Shown here: positions 1-12,085 of the stretch, one piece after another
Layout of the letters: each line of letters begins with the position of its first letter
Numbering within the stretch: position 1 is the stretch's first letter
Source of the DNA: an uncultured Actinomycetota bacterium
Lineage (GTDB): Bacteria; Actinomycetota; Actinomycetes; Propionibacteriales; Nocardioidaceae
Reading direction: 5' to 3'
Length of the DNA: 64,000 bases
Assembly: GCA_963806345.1 (NCBI GenBank)
Contig: CAWDXV010000022.1
Location: forward strand, 182,929-246,928
Translations under genes and position numbers: made by a program
Notes under the pieces: generated by a model
What the model was told of the DNA's origin: nothing
The model's input: only the letters and a program-made list of their open reading frames with translations
The model's database searches: none

Positions 1-1969
1 GCGCCGAGGAGACGGAATGTCGCCGTAGCTGATCATGTTCTTCGGCGTCGTGTCGGTCAGGGTGATCTCGCCGTCGGTCGTGATGCGTCCCAACGAGTGA
101 GCAAGGTCGTACGAGATTCCGTCCTCGTTGTAGCGCATGGACCGTGAACCACAGGGCGTCACCGACCGCGGCGATGCGGTTGACCTTCTTGACGTCGTAG
201 TCCCCGGGCACGTCGAAGAACGTCACGTCGCCCGCAGGGGTGATCCGCCCGATGCGCGAGTTCGCATCGGTGAACCACACGTTGCCGTCCGGTCCGCCGG
301 TGATGTCGGCGATGGTGCTGTCGTCGGGGATGTCGACGTCGAACTCGGTCACGTCGCCATCCGGGGTGATCCGGCCGATGCCTCGCGACACCCCGGCCTC
401 CCCCTCGGTGAACCAGATATCCCCGTTCTTGGCGACGGTCATCGACCCTGTGAACCCGGTGGTGCCGGCGTTGAACTCGGTGACGACGCCAGCCGGCGTG
501 ATGCGGCCGATGCGCTTGGCGCCGGACTCGGCGAACCACAAGTTGCCATCGTGCCCGGCAACGATGTTGGTCGGCGCCACTACCCGCCGTGATCCCCTCG
601 GTGAAATGGGTGATCTTGCCTTCCGGGGTGAGTCGCGAGACGCGTCGCCGTCGGGGCTCGTGAACCACACATTGTCGTCCGGGCCGATGGCGAGGCCGTA
701 CGCGGGCAGCCGGCGGTGAAGCCCAGGGACGGGGTAGAAGCCGGCGATAGCCGTCTCGGGTCACGTATCCCACCCCGCCGAGGTTGATCGCGCTGTACCA
801 AAGCGTGCCGCGCCCATCGACGGCGACATTGATCGGCACGTCGACCGCGGAGCCCAGGACGGAGGTCACCTCGCCCTTCGTCGTCATCCTGCCGATGCCG
901 GCGACGCCCGTGTCGCCGCCGATGATGAGCCAAATGTTGTGGTCGGCGCCGACCGACAGCGACCGCGGGAGCCGCGTGAGAATGACGTCAGGCGGCACGC
1001 CCGGGGACCCGGCGCCCGGGTAGGAGAACGTCGCGGTGAGGTTGCCGACGATGCTGACGACTCCGTCGGTCGTGACACGGCCGAGCCGTCCCGAGGTGTA
1101 CTCCGTGAACAGCAGCCCTCCACCGTCCGGGTCCGTCACGATGTCGGTGACGGGCACCTTCGTGTCGGCGTCCTCCTGGTCGGGTGCGACGGGGACGTCG
1201 AACTCGGTGATCGTCCCGTCGGTCGTGATGCGGCCGACTCTGCCGACATCGGTGAACCACAGGTTGTGATCCGGGCCTGTCGTCACGCTGATCAGGGTGC
1301 TGTCGGCGGCGAGGCCCTCGGTGAACATCGTGACGACGCCGCTCGTGGTCATTCGGCCGATGGCGGTCTTCGCCATGAACCACAGGTTGCCGTCCGGGCC
1401 GGTGATGATCGCGCCCGGGCGAGTGTCGGCTCCGAGAGCGAAACGAGTGACCGCGCCGGTGGGCGTGATGCGGGCGATCTCGTTGGTCTTCTGGTCGGTG
1501 AACCACATGTTGCCGTCGGGTCCGGCCGTGATGTCCAGCGGCTTGCTGTCGGCCGGTATGCCGTCGGTGAACGTCGTGATGACCCCGGCCGTGGTGATAC
1601 GGCCGATCTTGGGCACCGGCGACCTCTGGATGAACCAGAGGTCGTCATGCGTCCCGGCGGCGATCGAAGACGTGAGGTCGCCGATCGTGAGACCTTCCCC
1701 GAACATCGTGACCTGCCCTGACGGAGTGGTCCGACCGATGCCGGTGACATCTGTGAACCAGACGTTGCCGTCGGGGCCGAGTGCGGTGTCACCGACCAGA
1801 CCCACTGGCGTGTAAGGCGTGCTGCAGACGTGTCGTCCGATCGGGCCCGGCCGCTGACGGCCGGCTCCGTGGCCGCTGCCGTCACCACGGTCAAGGCGCT
1901 CGCGGCCAGCAGCACGGCGACTGCCGCGGACTTCCAGGCGCGCAGCCTCGTCACAAGATGCGATTGCAT
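1..1969 (-). CDS. Secreted Vgb/SMP-30-like beta-propeller repeat protein (3' end outside window; several frameshifts)
   Basis: Signal-peptide-like N-terminus (MQSHLVTRLRAWKSAAVAVLLAAS), then many ~42-aa repeats of type ITxGPDGNLWFT..IGRITPxG in ORF 159..1805 and neighbouring frames. Confidence 0.8.
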
Positions 1970-2148
1970 GCTGATCCCCTCAGCTGATCGCGGGACGACA
2001 GCCTCGTCCGCCTGCGATCAGATTAGATTTCGCGAGCATCGGTGTCGTCCGTGCTGGCACGTAGCCCGGCCGGATCAGCTACGGCGTGTAACTCCGGGTT
2101 GCCCTCGATCGTTGTGACCTGCAACACAATCGAGCAGAGGGAGCAATC

Positions 2149-4906
2149 GTGCGTCGTCGCGCTGCCATCACCGTTCTCAGCGTCCTGGCCATCGGAGCGG
2201 CAGCGCTGCCCGCCCAAGCCGCAGGAACGGTCCCCTCCCCCACGACCGCCGACTCGTACGGCACGGTGCGCAACATCGTGCCGGCCGGCCAGCGGGGCAC
2301 GATCAACGCGCTGCAGCTCGTGCAGGTGCTGATCGGTGGCGGGCTGACCGCCGTCGACGGCAAGAACGCGCCCACGAACTACGCCGACCAGCTCGAGATG
2401 TACGACGACCTGGCCAAGCACAAGCCCGGCACGATCACCGACGCCGTCGTCGACAAGGACTACAAGAAGGCCGGCTTCGTCCCCGAGAAGGTCGTCAGCA
2501 CCGAGTCGCCCAAGCCCGGCGTGACGATCGTCCGCGATGCGTACGGCGTCCCCTACATCACCGGCAAGACGTACAACGACACGATGTTCGGCGCCGGGTT
2601 CGCGGGCACGCAGGACCGCATGTTCCTGATGGACGCGCTGCGGCACCTCGGCGCCGGCCGCGGGGCGGAGTTCGTCGGCGGCACGCCCGGCAACATCGCG
2701 ATGGATCGCGCCCAGGTGCGCTCCGCGTACTACACGCCCAAGGAGGCGCAGGACCAGCTCGAGATCATCGCCAAGGAGAACGGTGCCGAGGGGCAGCGCC
2801 TGCTCGACGGCGCGGACGCCTACATCGCCGGCATCAACGCCGCGCAGGACAGGATGTGCCCGCTCGGCCTGCCGACCGGCGCTCGAGTGCCCGGCCGAGT
2901 ACGTCGCCCTGCAGAAGAAGCCGACTCCGTGGACGCGGGCCGACCTGACGTACGTCGCCTCGCTCGTCGGCGGCATCTTCGGCAAGGGCGGCGGGCAGGA
3001 GTACGCCAACGCGCTGTTCTACGGCAAGCTCGTGAAGAAGTACGGCACCGCCAAGGCCGACAAGATGTTCGCGAGCCTGCGGGAGAAGAACGACAAGGAA
3101 GCACCGACCACGTCGACGCTGTCGTTCCCGTACGACAACAAGGCGTTCAACCCGCACCAGGCCGGCGTCGCGATCCCTGATGTCGATGGCGCGCACGGCA
3201 GCGGCTCGGGCGACGACACCGGCACCAGCAACCCCATCGAGACTCTTCTCGACGCGCTCAAGCTCGGGCTCACCGGCGTGCCGAACGAGGTCGAGACCCC
3301 CTCGGGCACGATCGACCTCAGCAGCCTGTTCTCGGCCAACGGCATGAGCAACGCGTTGCTCGTCGGCGCCAGCAAGACCAAGACCGGCCACCCGCTGGTC
3401 GTGTTCGGCCCGCAGACCGGCTACTACAACCCGCAGCTGCTCAACGAGCAGGTGCTGATGGGTCCGGGCGTGTTCGCCCGTGGCGTGTCGTTCGCCGGCA
3501 CCAACCTCGTCGTCGAGCTCGGTCACGGCGCTGACTACGCCTGGTCGGCGACGAGCTCGGGCAGCGACAACATCGACACCGTGATGGAGAAGCTGTGCAA
3601 CGCCGACGGCAGCGCACCGACGGTCAACTCGACGTCGTACCGCAAGGACGGCGGCGCCTGCGTGCCGATGCAGTACAACGAGCACAAGGAGACCGTGATC
3701 CCCAACATCTCGGCCCCGACCGCCCCCGCGACCCTCAAGATGCAGGTGTGGCGCACCAACCACGGCATCGTGCAGACCCGCACGACGGTCAAGGGCGTGC
3801 CGGTCGCGGTCGTGATCGAGCGCAGCACGTACGGCCGCGAGGCCGCGTCGATCCTGGGCTTCTCGCGCTTCAACAACCCCGACTACGTCAAGGACGCGAC
3901 GTCGTTCAAGAAGGCCGCCAGCGCGATCGACTACACGTTCAACTGGTTCTATGCCGACAACCGCGACATCGCCTACTTCTCGTCGGGCCGCCTGCCCGTG
4001 CGCGCCGCCGGCACCGACACCGACATGCCTCGGTGGTCGGGCACGAAGTACGACTCGACCGGCTGGCTCAGCGCGGCCAAGCACGTGCAGCAGATCAACC
4101 CGCCGACCGGATACTTCGCGAGCTGGAACAACAAGCCCGCGCGTGACTTCGCCGCGGCCGACGACAAGTGGTCCGACGGATCCGTGCACCGCTCGCTGGC
4201 GCTCAGCCGGCGGGCGACCAAGGCCATCGCCGCCGGCAAGATCACCCGCGCCCAGCTGGCCGGGATCGTCGAGGACGCGGCGACCGAGGACGTACGGGCG
4301 AAGGAGCTGCTCCCCGTGCTGCTCAAGGTGCTCGGCGACGATCCCAAGACGGCCGAGGCCCGCAAGCTGCTGTCCGCCTGGCTGGCGGCCGGCGCGCATC
4401 GCGTCGACTACGACCGGACCGGCTCGTACGCGCACCAGGCCGCGATCCGCATCTTCGACACGTGGTGGGAGGACGGCGACAAGTCCCTGGCGTACGACTT
4501 CGCCACGCCGGGCCTGGGCGCCGACCTCGCCAGGGCGATCCCGCAGCCGCTCGACGACCACCCGCGCCAGGGCCAGGGCTCGTCGTGGCTCGGCTCGCCC
4601 TGGTACGGCTACGTCAACAAGGAGCTGCGCCAGCTGACCGGGTCCACGGTCCAGAGCCCGTACGCCTATCGGCTCTGCGGCACGCTCTCGACCTGCCGCA
4701 CGACGTTGCGGGCGTCGCTGCTCGACGCGGTGCAGCGAGCGCAGACGGCGCAGGGCGTGACCAGCCCGAGCCAGCTGACGTACGACAAGTCGCTCGACTA
4801 CATCCGGCCCACGAGCGGCGGGGTGGTCGGCGTGCGCCCGATCGACTGGCAGAACCGGCCCACGTTCCAGCAAGTCGTTGACTACCGGACGCACCGGGCT
4901 CGGTGA
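2149..4906 (+). CDS. Secreted penicillin acylase family Ntn-hydrolase (frameshift ~2880)
   Basis: Signal peptide; IVRDAYGVPYI and GAGFAGTQDR motifs; beta-subunit start GMSNALLV; SWNNKP motif; ORFs 2149..3180 + 2783..4906. Confidence 0.88.
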
Positions 4907-4917
4907 TACTGGTCGGC

Positions 4918-5487
4918 ATGAGACCGACCCTGACGGTGGCCGTCGCGATCCTGCTGCTCACGGCAGGATGCGGCGGCTCCGACGAGCCCAAGGACGCCGG
5001 CGACGACCCGACGACGACTCCTGCGCCGACGGCGACGACGACCCCGACCACGGCACCGACACCCACGGCGACGCCGACGCCCACGCAGGCCACGCCGGCC
5101 TCGACGCTGATCGACTACGGCGACGACGGCATCACGGTGGCGCGCGGGTCCGACACGGCGAAGCTCACGGGTGCCCCGCAGGACTTCAAGGCGTTCATCG
5201 CCGCCGACCTGCAGCGCCAGCAGGACACCAAGGACGACGTCTGCACCAAGAAGCCGGAGATCCACGTCGAGCGGGTCGACACGCGCGGCTGGGCTGCGGG
5301 CGGCACGTTCATCCCGCAGTGCGGCGGCAACGCGAACCTGTGGGCCAAGGTCGCCGGCGGGTGGCGCGAGGTGTGGGGTGGCCAGACGCTGCCCGACTGC
5401 GCGGTCCTCGAGAAGTTCCGCTTCCCGGCGAGCGTCGGCGGCACGCAGTGCGGCACGCCGGACGGCAAGACCCGCCGCTACCCCTAG
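4918..5487 (+). CDS. Hypothetical lipoprotein with Thr/Pro-rich linker
   Basis: Lipobox LTAGC, TP repeats, Cys-containing C-terminal domain. Confidence 0.75.
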   Translation: MRPTLTVAVAILLLTAGCGGSDEPKDAGDDPTTTPAPTATTTPTTAPTPTATPTPTQATPASTLIDYGDDGITVARGSDTAKLTGAPQDFKAFIAADLQRQQDTKDDVCTKKPEIHVERVDTRGWAAGGTFIPQCGGNANLWAKVAGGWREVWGGQTLPDCAVLEKFRFPASVGGTQCGTPDGKTRRYP

Positions 5488-6078
5488 GGCGTGGAGATGG
5501 CGGCGACGAGCGGTTCGATCAGTCGCAGCAAGCGGTCCGGTGTGGCGTCGGGGTTGACCGACTGGCGCATCGCGAGCGCCGATCGCGTAGTCGACGGCCG
5601 CCTCCGCGAGCACCTCGAGCGTCTCGTCGTCCATCGACTCCGGCGGGGCGAGTGAGCGTACGACCGACACCGCCTGCTCGATCGAGGCAGTCTGCCGTCG
5701 CGTCTGTGCGGCGGCGAGCCGCGGGTCGTGCATCGTGTCGAGCAACAGCTCGAGCTCGAGCCGGACCCACCCGGACGACATGGCTTCGGCCGCCCACTGC
5801 CTGACCTGGTCCAGCACGTCCCCGGCGGCCATGGCACGGTCGACCCGGTCGCCCAGCGCGCCGATCTGCTCGGCCTGCAGGCGTTCGAGCACCCCGAGCG
5901 CGAGATCGGCCTTGCTGCCGAAGCTCGAGTAGACGATGCCGGTGGTGAACCCGGCTTCCTTGGCGACCGACGCGAGCGAGGTCGCGACATAGCCGTCGCG
6001 CAGGAAGGCATCACGGGCCACCTGGAGGACCGTCTCGCGATTGCGCTCCTGCACCTGCAACCGGGTCAGCCTCGTCAT
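5484..6078 (-). CDS. TetR/AcrR family transcriptional regulator (frameshift ~5575)
   Basis: N-terminal HTH ..GYVATSLASVAKEAGFTTGIVYSSFGSKADL; C-terminus in frame 5484..6014. Confidence 0.85.
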
Positions 6079-6099
6079 GGGGTCAGCGTAGTGACCCGG

Positions 6100-6370
6100 T
6101 CAGCCGTTGGTGGCGTTCCCCGGCCCGGCGGGTTGCTGCGCGCCCGGCTGCTGCATGCCGGGCGGCACCTGGCCGCGTTGCGTGCCGGGTCCTCCCCCGG
6201 GTCCGCCGAATCCGCCTGGTCCGCCCCGGCCGCCGTCGGCGCCGCCTGCCCGCCGAACCGATCGCGGCGCCGGCGCCGAGGCCCAGCACGACCGCAGCCA
6301 GAGCGGAGGCGACGAGCGTACGGGTGGACCAGGACGCGGGCGCGGCGGAGCTGTCTTCGTTGTCACTCAT
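6100..6370 (-). CDS. Small single-TM protein with Gly/Pro-rich tail (frameshift ~6250)
   Basis: MSDNEDSS..TM helix, then GGPGGFGGPGG in adjacent frame; divergent from the response regulator. Confidence 0.6.
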
Positions 6371-6392
6371 GCCGCCACCGTGACCGGCCGAC

Positions 6393-6474
6393 CTGTCACG
6401 CGCCTGTGCGCCGGCTCTTCGCCGGCTGGGACCCGAGCAGATTCACTCACAGGGTTCTCACAGGCCGTTCCTAC
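6393..6474. promoter_or_regulatory. Divergent promoter with 11-bp-period NCACAG direct repeats (OmpR/PhoP-type boxes)
   Basis: CTCACAGG-gtt-CTCACAGG at 6446-6464 (+); GCACAG/TGACAG starting 6409/6398 (-). Confidence 0.7.
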
Positions 6475-6507
6475 CCGCGTCGATGCTGGGCCATCCACAC
6501 TGAACGC

Positions 6508-7224
6508 ATGGCTTCCACCTTGACCCGGGCTGACGGGACACCCCTGCGCGTCCTCGTGGTCGACGACGAGATCAACATCGCCGAGCTGCTGCAGATGGCC
6601 CTGCGCTACGAGGGCTGGGACATCCAGATGGCGCACACCGGGCGCAAGGCCGTGGCCGCCGCCAAGGAGTTCACGCCCGACGCGATCGTGCTCGACATGA
6701 TGCTGCCGGACTACGACGGCATGGAGGTCCTGCGCAAGGTGCGCGCCCAGTCCCCCGAGATCCCGGTGCTGTTCCTGACCGCCCGCGACTCCGTCGAGGA
6801 CCGGGTCGCCGGGCTGACCGCCGGCGGCGACGACTACGTCACCAAGCCGTTCAGCCTCGAGGAGGTCGTCGCGCGGCTGCGTGGCCTGATGCGGCGCGCA
6901 GGTGCGCTCGACGCCCGCCCGAACTCGGTCATCACGGTCGGTGACCTGACGCTCGACGAGGACAGCCGCGACGTCGAGCGTGCCGGCCGCCCGATCGAGC
7001 TGACCGCGACGGAGTTCGAGCTGCTGCGCTTCCTCATGCGCAACCCGCGCCGGGTGCTGTCGAAGGCGCAGATCCTCGACCGCGTGTGGGACTACGACTT
7101 CGGCGGCCAGGCCAACGTCGTCGAGCTCTACATCTCGTACCTGCGCAAGAAGGTCGACGTCGGGCACGAGCCGATGATCCACACCAAGCGCGGCGCCGGC
7201 TACGTCCTGAAACCGGCAGAGTAG
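6508..7224 (+). CDS. OmpR/PhoB-family response regulator (TcrX/PhoP-like)
   Basis: VLVVDDE, LDMMLPD, FLTARD, DDYVTKPF, winged helix IHTKRGAGY. Confidence 0.95.
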   Translation: MASTLTRADGTPLRVLVVDDEINIAELLQMALRYEGWDIQMAHTGRKAVAAAKEFTPDAIVLDMMLPDYDGMEVLRKVRAQSPEIPVLFLTARDSVEDRVAGLTAGGDDYVTKPFSLEEVVARLRGLMRRAGALDARPNSVITVGDLTLDEDSRDVERAGRPIELTATEFELLRFLMRNPRRVLSKAQILDRVWDYDFGGQANVVELYISYLRKKVDVGHEPMIHTKRGAGYVLKPAE

Positions 7225-7229
7225 GTCTC

Positions 7230-8641
7230 GTGCGCAAGGTCCTGCCCTCCTCGCTGACCGGCCGGCTCATCGTCACGGTGGTCGCGCTGGTCGCCGTCGC
7301 GAGCCTGCTCGTGGCCGGTGTCGTGACCGTGGTGATGAGCAACTACCTCACCGATCGCCTCGACGAGAAGCTCACCCAGTCGATGGGCCGGGCCCAGCAC
7401 GCGCCGCCCCTCGGTGCCATCGCTCCGGACGGCAGGCGCCCTGACCCCGGCCGCGGTCAGGACGTCGGGCTCATCACCGTGGTGCCCGGCGCGGCCGGGG
7501 TCGATCGTCACCGAGGACGGCGACGCGCCCGCCATCTCGACCGCAGCGCGCGACCTGCTGGCCGAGGTGACGCCCGACGGCACGCCCCGCGACATCGACC
7601 TGCCGAAGTACGGCTCCTACCGCGTGCTCGCCGCGAAGGCGCCCGACGGATCGATCTGCATCGTCGGACTGCCGAGGTCCTCCGTCGACAACACGATCGG
7701 CAACCTGATCTGGTGGGAGGCGTTGCTCGCGCTCGGTGCGACCGGGGCTGCGGGGGTCGCCGGTCGCATCCTCGTACGCCGCCAGCTCCGGCCGCTGCGC
7801 GAGGTCGCCGCGACGGCCCACGAGGTCATCGCGATGCCGTTGTCGTCGGGAGAGATCGGGCAGACCGTACGCGTGCCGGCCGACCTCACCGATCCCGAAC
7901 ACCGAGGTCGGGCAGGTCGGCGGCGCGCTCAACCAGCTGCTGGGTCACGTCGAGGAGGCACTCGACGCCCGGCACGAGAGCGAGCAGCAGGTGCGCCAGT
8001 TCCTCGCCGACGCGTCGCACGAGCTGCGCACTCCCCTGTCGACGATCAAGGGCTATGCCGAGCTCAGCCGGCGTACCGGCCGCGAGGACCCCGACCAGAT
8101 CCTCGCCAAGGTCGAGTCCGAGGCCGGCCGCATGTCGACCCTGGTCGAGGACATGCTGCTGCTCGCGCGGCTCGACTCCGGCCGCGAGATCGACCGCCGG
8201 CCGGTCGACCTGACGCGCCTGCTCGTCGAGGCGGTCAACGATGCGCGGGTCGTCGATCCCGAGCGGCACTGGACGTTCGACGTGCCGGACGAGCCGGTCA
8301 CCGTGACCGGCGACGAGCAGCGGCTCCACCAGGCCGTCACCAACCTGCTGACCAACGCGAGCCGGCACACGCCTCCGGAGACGACGGTCGACGTGCGCCT
8401 GCGGGTCGCCGACGTCGTGCGGATCGAGGTGCACGACGACGGTCCCGGCATCGATCCCGAGCTGGTGCCGACGATCTTCGAGCGGTTCGTCCGCGGCGAC
8501 TCGTCGCGCACCCGCGCGTCGGGCGGTGCCGGGCTCGGCATGTCGCTCGTACGCGCGATCATGCACGCGCACCACGGCACGGCGAGCGTCGACAGCTCGC
8601 CGGGCGACACGACGTTCACCCTCACGCTGCCCGCCTCCTGA
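7230..8641 (+). CDS. HAMP sensor histidine kinase (TcrY-like; frameshifts ~7490, ~7900)
   Basis: Two TM segments; H-box FLADASHELRTPL; N-box NLLTNA; G-boxes DDGPGI, GAGLGMS. Confidence 0.9.
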
Positions 8642-8667
8642 CCGGCGCGGTTTACCAGGAGAGCCGC

Positions 8668-8728
8668 TCACAGAGGTGGCACAGACTGACCACACGGTCG
8701 TGCCAGTCCGGCCTCGCACCGTGGAGGC
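8668..8728 (+). promoter_or_regulatory. Promoter with three 11-bp-spaced NCACAG-like boxes
   Basis: TCACAG 8668, GCACAG 8679, CCACAC 8690; CACCGT 6 nt before ATG 8729. Confidence 0.65.
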
Positions 8729-10772
8729 ATGAACCAGACGACTCTCATCGCGCCGGCGGCCGAGCGCCGCAAGGTGGCGCCCGCCGCTGACCGAACACCC
8801 ACCGACCCGACGTGGACGACCCGCCTCTGGCGCGGGAAGCCCGACGACTCGCCGCTCGTACGCCCGGCGCTGCTCGCGCTCCTGCTCGCCACCGGGCTGC
8901 TCTACCTGTGGGGCCTCGGCGCCTCCGGGTGGGCCAACTCGTTCTACTCCGCCGCCGTGCAAGCCGGCTCCGCGTCGTGGAAGGCGTTCTTCTTCGGCTC
9001 CTCCGACGCGTCGAACTCGATCACGGTCGACAAGACGCCGATGTCGCTGTGGCCGATGTCGCTGTCGGTGCGCATCTTCGGGCTGTCGTCGTGGAGCATG
9101 CTCGTGCCGCAGGCGCTGATGGGCGTCGGCTCGGTCGGCCTGCTGTACGCGACCGTCAGGCGTACGACTCGCAACGCGTGGGCCGGGCTGCTCGCCGGCG
9201 CGATCCTCGCGCTGACGCCGGTGGCCGTGCTGATGTTCCGGTTCAACAACCCCGACGCGCTGCTGACGCTGTTCCTCATCGCCTGCGGTGTACGCCACGA
9301 TCCGCGCGATCGAGTCACCTGAGCGGGCCGTGCGCTGGCTCGTGCTGGGCGGCACGCTGGTCGGCTTCGCGTTCCTCACCAAGATGCTGCAGGCGTTCCT
9401 CGTCCTGCCCCCGCTCGCCGCCGTCTACCTCGTCGCGGCCAAGCCCTCGATCGGCAAGCGCCTGGTCCACCTGCTCATCGCGTTCGGCTCGATGATCGCC
9501 GCCGCCGGCTGGTGGATCGCGATCGTCGAGCTGTGGCCCGCCTCGAGCCGGCCCTACATCGGCGGCTCGCAGAACAACTCGATCCTCGAGCTCACCCTCG
9601 GCTACAACGGCTTCGGCCGCCTCAACGGCGACGAGGTCGGCTCCGTCGGCGGTGGCGGCAACGCCGGCGGCGGCAACTGGGGCGCGACCGGGCTGTTCCG
9701 GCTGTTCAGCTCCGAGATCGGCGGGCAGATCGCCTGGCTGCTCCCCGCCGCCCTTGCGAGCCTCGCGCTCGGCGTGTGGTTCCGCCGCAAGGCCGGCCGT
9801 ACGGATCGCCAGCTCACGGGACTCATCGTGTGGGGCGGGTGGCTGCTCGTCACCGGGCTGACCTTCAGCTTCATGGCCGGCATCTTCCACGCGTACTACA
9901 CCGTCGCCCTCGCCCCGGCGATCGCCGCGCTCGTCGCGATCGGCGCCAGCATCCTCTGGGAGCACCGCGAGTCCCTCCTCGCCGCTCTGGGCGCAGCCTT
10001 CGTGCTCGCGATGACCGCCTCGATGAGCTACGTCCTGCTCGACCGGGCCGACGGCTTCGTCCCGTGGCTCAAGTACGCCGTGGTGGTCGCCGGTGTCGGT
10101 GCCGCGTTCCTGATCGTGGTCCACCGCCTCCTCCCCCGCCGCGCGATGCTCGCGGTCGGCGCGGCGGCACTCATCACGCTGCTCGCGGGCCCCACGGCGT
10201 ACGCGCTGGACACCGCGTCGACGCCGCACACCGGCTCGATCCCGAGCGCCGGTCCGAGCACGGGCGGCGGGTTCGGCGGCATGGGTGGCGGTCCCGGAGG
10301 CGGTCGTCGCGGCCAGATGGGTCAGCCGCCGACGCAGAACGGCACCCGCCAGGCACCCGGCGGCACGAACGACGGCGCCAGAGGAGGCGGCGGGGCCGGC
10401 GGACTGCTCAACGGCTCGACGTCGACCAGCGCCATCAACGCCCTGCTGACGACCGACTCCAGCACGTACACGTGGGTCGCCGCGGCGATCGGCTCCAACA
10501 CGGCCTCGGGCTACCAGCTCGCGACCGAGCTGCCGGTCATGGCGATCGGCGGGTTCAACGGCTCCGATCCCAGCCCCACCCTGGCGCAGTTCAAGCGGTA
10601 CGTCGCCGACGGCGAGATCCACTACTTCATCGGCGGCGGAAGCGGCGGAGGCGGCGGGATGAACGCCGGCGGCAGCACCAGCTCCGAGATCTCCACCTGG
10701 GTGTCGGACAACTTCACCGCCAAGACCGTCGACGGCGTCACGATCTACGACCTCTCGGCAGGCATCCAGTGA
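8729..10772 (+). CDS. ArnT/PMT-type GT-C glycosyltransferase (YkcB-like; frameshift ~9290)
   Basis: GWANSFYSAAV, ITVDKTP, MFRFNNPDALL, RPYIGGSQNNS, YNGFGRL, MAIGGFNGSDPSPT motifs; many TM helices. Confidence 0.88.
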
Positions 10773-11992
10773 CCGCGGCAACGGCGTACGCCGAGCACAC
10801 TCCGGTGAGCACGACGGTGCTCGACATCGTGATCCCCGTCCACAACGAGGAGCGCGCGCTGGTCGAGTCGGTCGAGACCGTCCGGAAGCACCTGCAGTCG
10901 CTGCCGTACGAGTCACGCGTGACGATCGCGGACAACGCCAGCACCGACGGGACCAGCCTGCTGGCTCACCAGCTGGCACACCGGTACCCCGACGTGTCGG
11001 TGGTGTCGCTGACCGAGAAGGGTCGGGGCCGGGCGCTCAAGCAGGCGTGGTCGCGGTCGGACGCCGAGGTGCTGGTCTACATGGACGTGGACCTGTCGAC
11101 CGATCTCAACGCGCTGCTCCCGCTCGTCGCGCCGCTGCTGTCGGGGCACTCCGACCTCGCGATCGGGTCGCGCCTGGCCCGCACCGCGCGGACGACGAGA
11201 GGGCCGAAGCGGGAGCTGATCTCGCGGACGTACAACGTCATGCTCCGCCGTGCGCTGCGGGCGCGGTTCTCCGACGCGCAGTGCGGGTTCAAGGCGATCC
11301 GCCGCGACGTGGCGACGCACCTGCTGCCGCTCATCGAGGATGACGAGTGGTTCTTCGACACCGAGCTGCTGATCGTCGCCGAGCGCGCCGGGCTGCGGAT
11401 CCATGAGGTGCCGGTCGACTGGGTCGACGACCCGGACAGCCGGGTCGACATCGTGCGCACCGCGGCAGCCGACCTGCGCGGCATGGGCCGGCTCGGCTGG
11501 GCGCTCCTGCGCGGCCGCGTGCCGCTGGCGGACGTCGCGAGCGCTCTCGGACGTACGACGGCCCGCAGCGCCGGCGGCCGGCTCAGTGCCCAGATGGTCG
11601 TGTTCGCGCTGATCGGGATCCTGTCGACCCTGGCGTACGGCGTCCTGTACGTCGCGCTGCGTGGCCGGCTCGGCGCGCAGGAGGCCAACGCCCTCGCGCT
11701 CGCCGCCACCGCGATCGCCAACACCGCGGCGAACCGGCGGTTCACGTTCGGGTTCCGGGGTCCGCAGGGAGCGCTGCGCCACCAGCTCCAGGGCCTGCTG
11801 GTGTTCGCCTGCGGACTCGGCGTGACGAGCGGCGCCCTGTGGACGTTGCGGGCCGTGCGAGGCGACGGGCATCCGCTGGTCGAGGTCGTCCTGCTGACCG
11901 CGGCCAACCTGTTCGTGACGGTCATGCGCTTCGTCATGATGCGGGTCTGGATCTTCCGTGGGCAACGCGCAGAGGCGGAAACCGTGGTCTGA
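10769..11992 (+). CDS. Bifunctional GT2 (polyprenol-phosphate sugar synthase-like)/GtrA flippase
   Basis: IVIPVHNEE, DNASTDGT, YMDVDLS, DAQCGFKA; C-terminal 4-TM GtrA domain (NRRFTF). Confidence 0.9.
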   Translation: MTAATAYAEHTPVSTTVLDIVIPVHNEERALVESVETVRKHLQSLPYESRVTIADNASTDGTSLLAHQLAHRYPDVSVVSLTEKGRGRALKQAWSRSDAEVLVYMDVDLSTDLNALLPLVAPLLSGHSDLAIGSRLARTARTTRGPKRELISRTYNVMLRRALRARFSDAQCGFKAIRRDVATHLLPLIEDDEWFFDTELLIVAERAGLRIHEVPVDWVDDPDSRVDIVRTAAADLRGMGRLGWALLRGRVPLADVASALGRTTARSAGGRLSAQMVVFALIGILSTLAYGVLYVALRGRLGAQEANALALAATAIANTAANRRFTFGFRGPQGALRHQLQGLLVFACGLGVTSGALWTLRAVRGDGHPLVEVVLLTAANLFVTVMRFVMMRVWIFRGQRAEAETVV

Positions 11993-12085
11993 CGCGTGCG
12001 CCGCGTCGAAACCAGTTGTCTCGACCCCCTCCATGGACCAAGATCGACAGGAGACGACGAGAATTCCTGACAGAGAGTGATGACC

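Noticed and set aside
5010-5100. Low-complexity coding repeats (Thr-Pro here; Gly-rich 10260-10400; DLPPPNLPPP 48420-48500)
   Set aside because: Ordinary flexible linkers in surface proteins.
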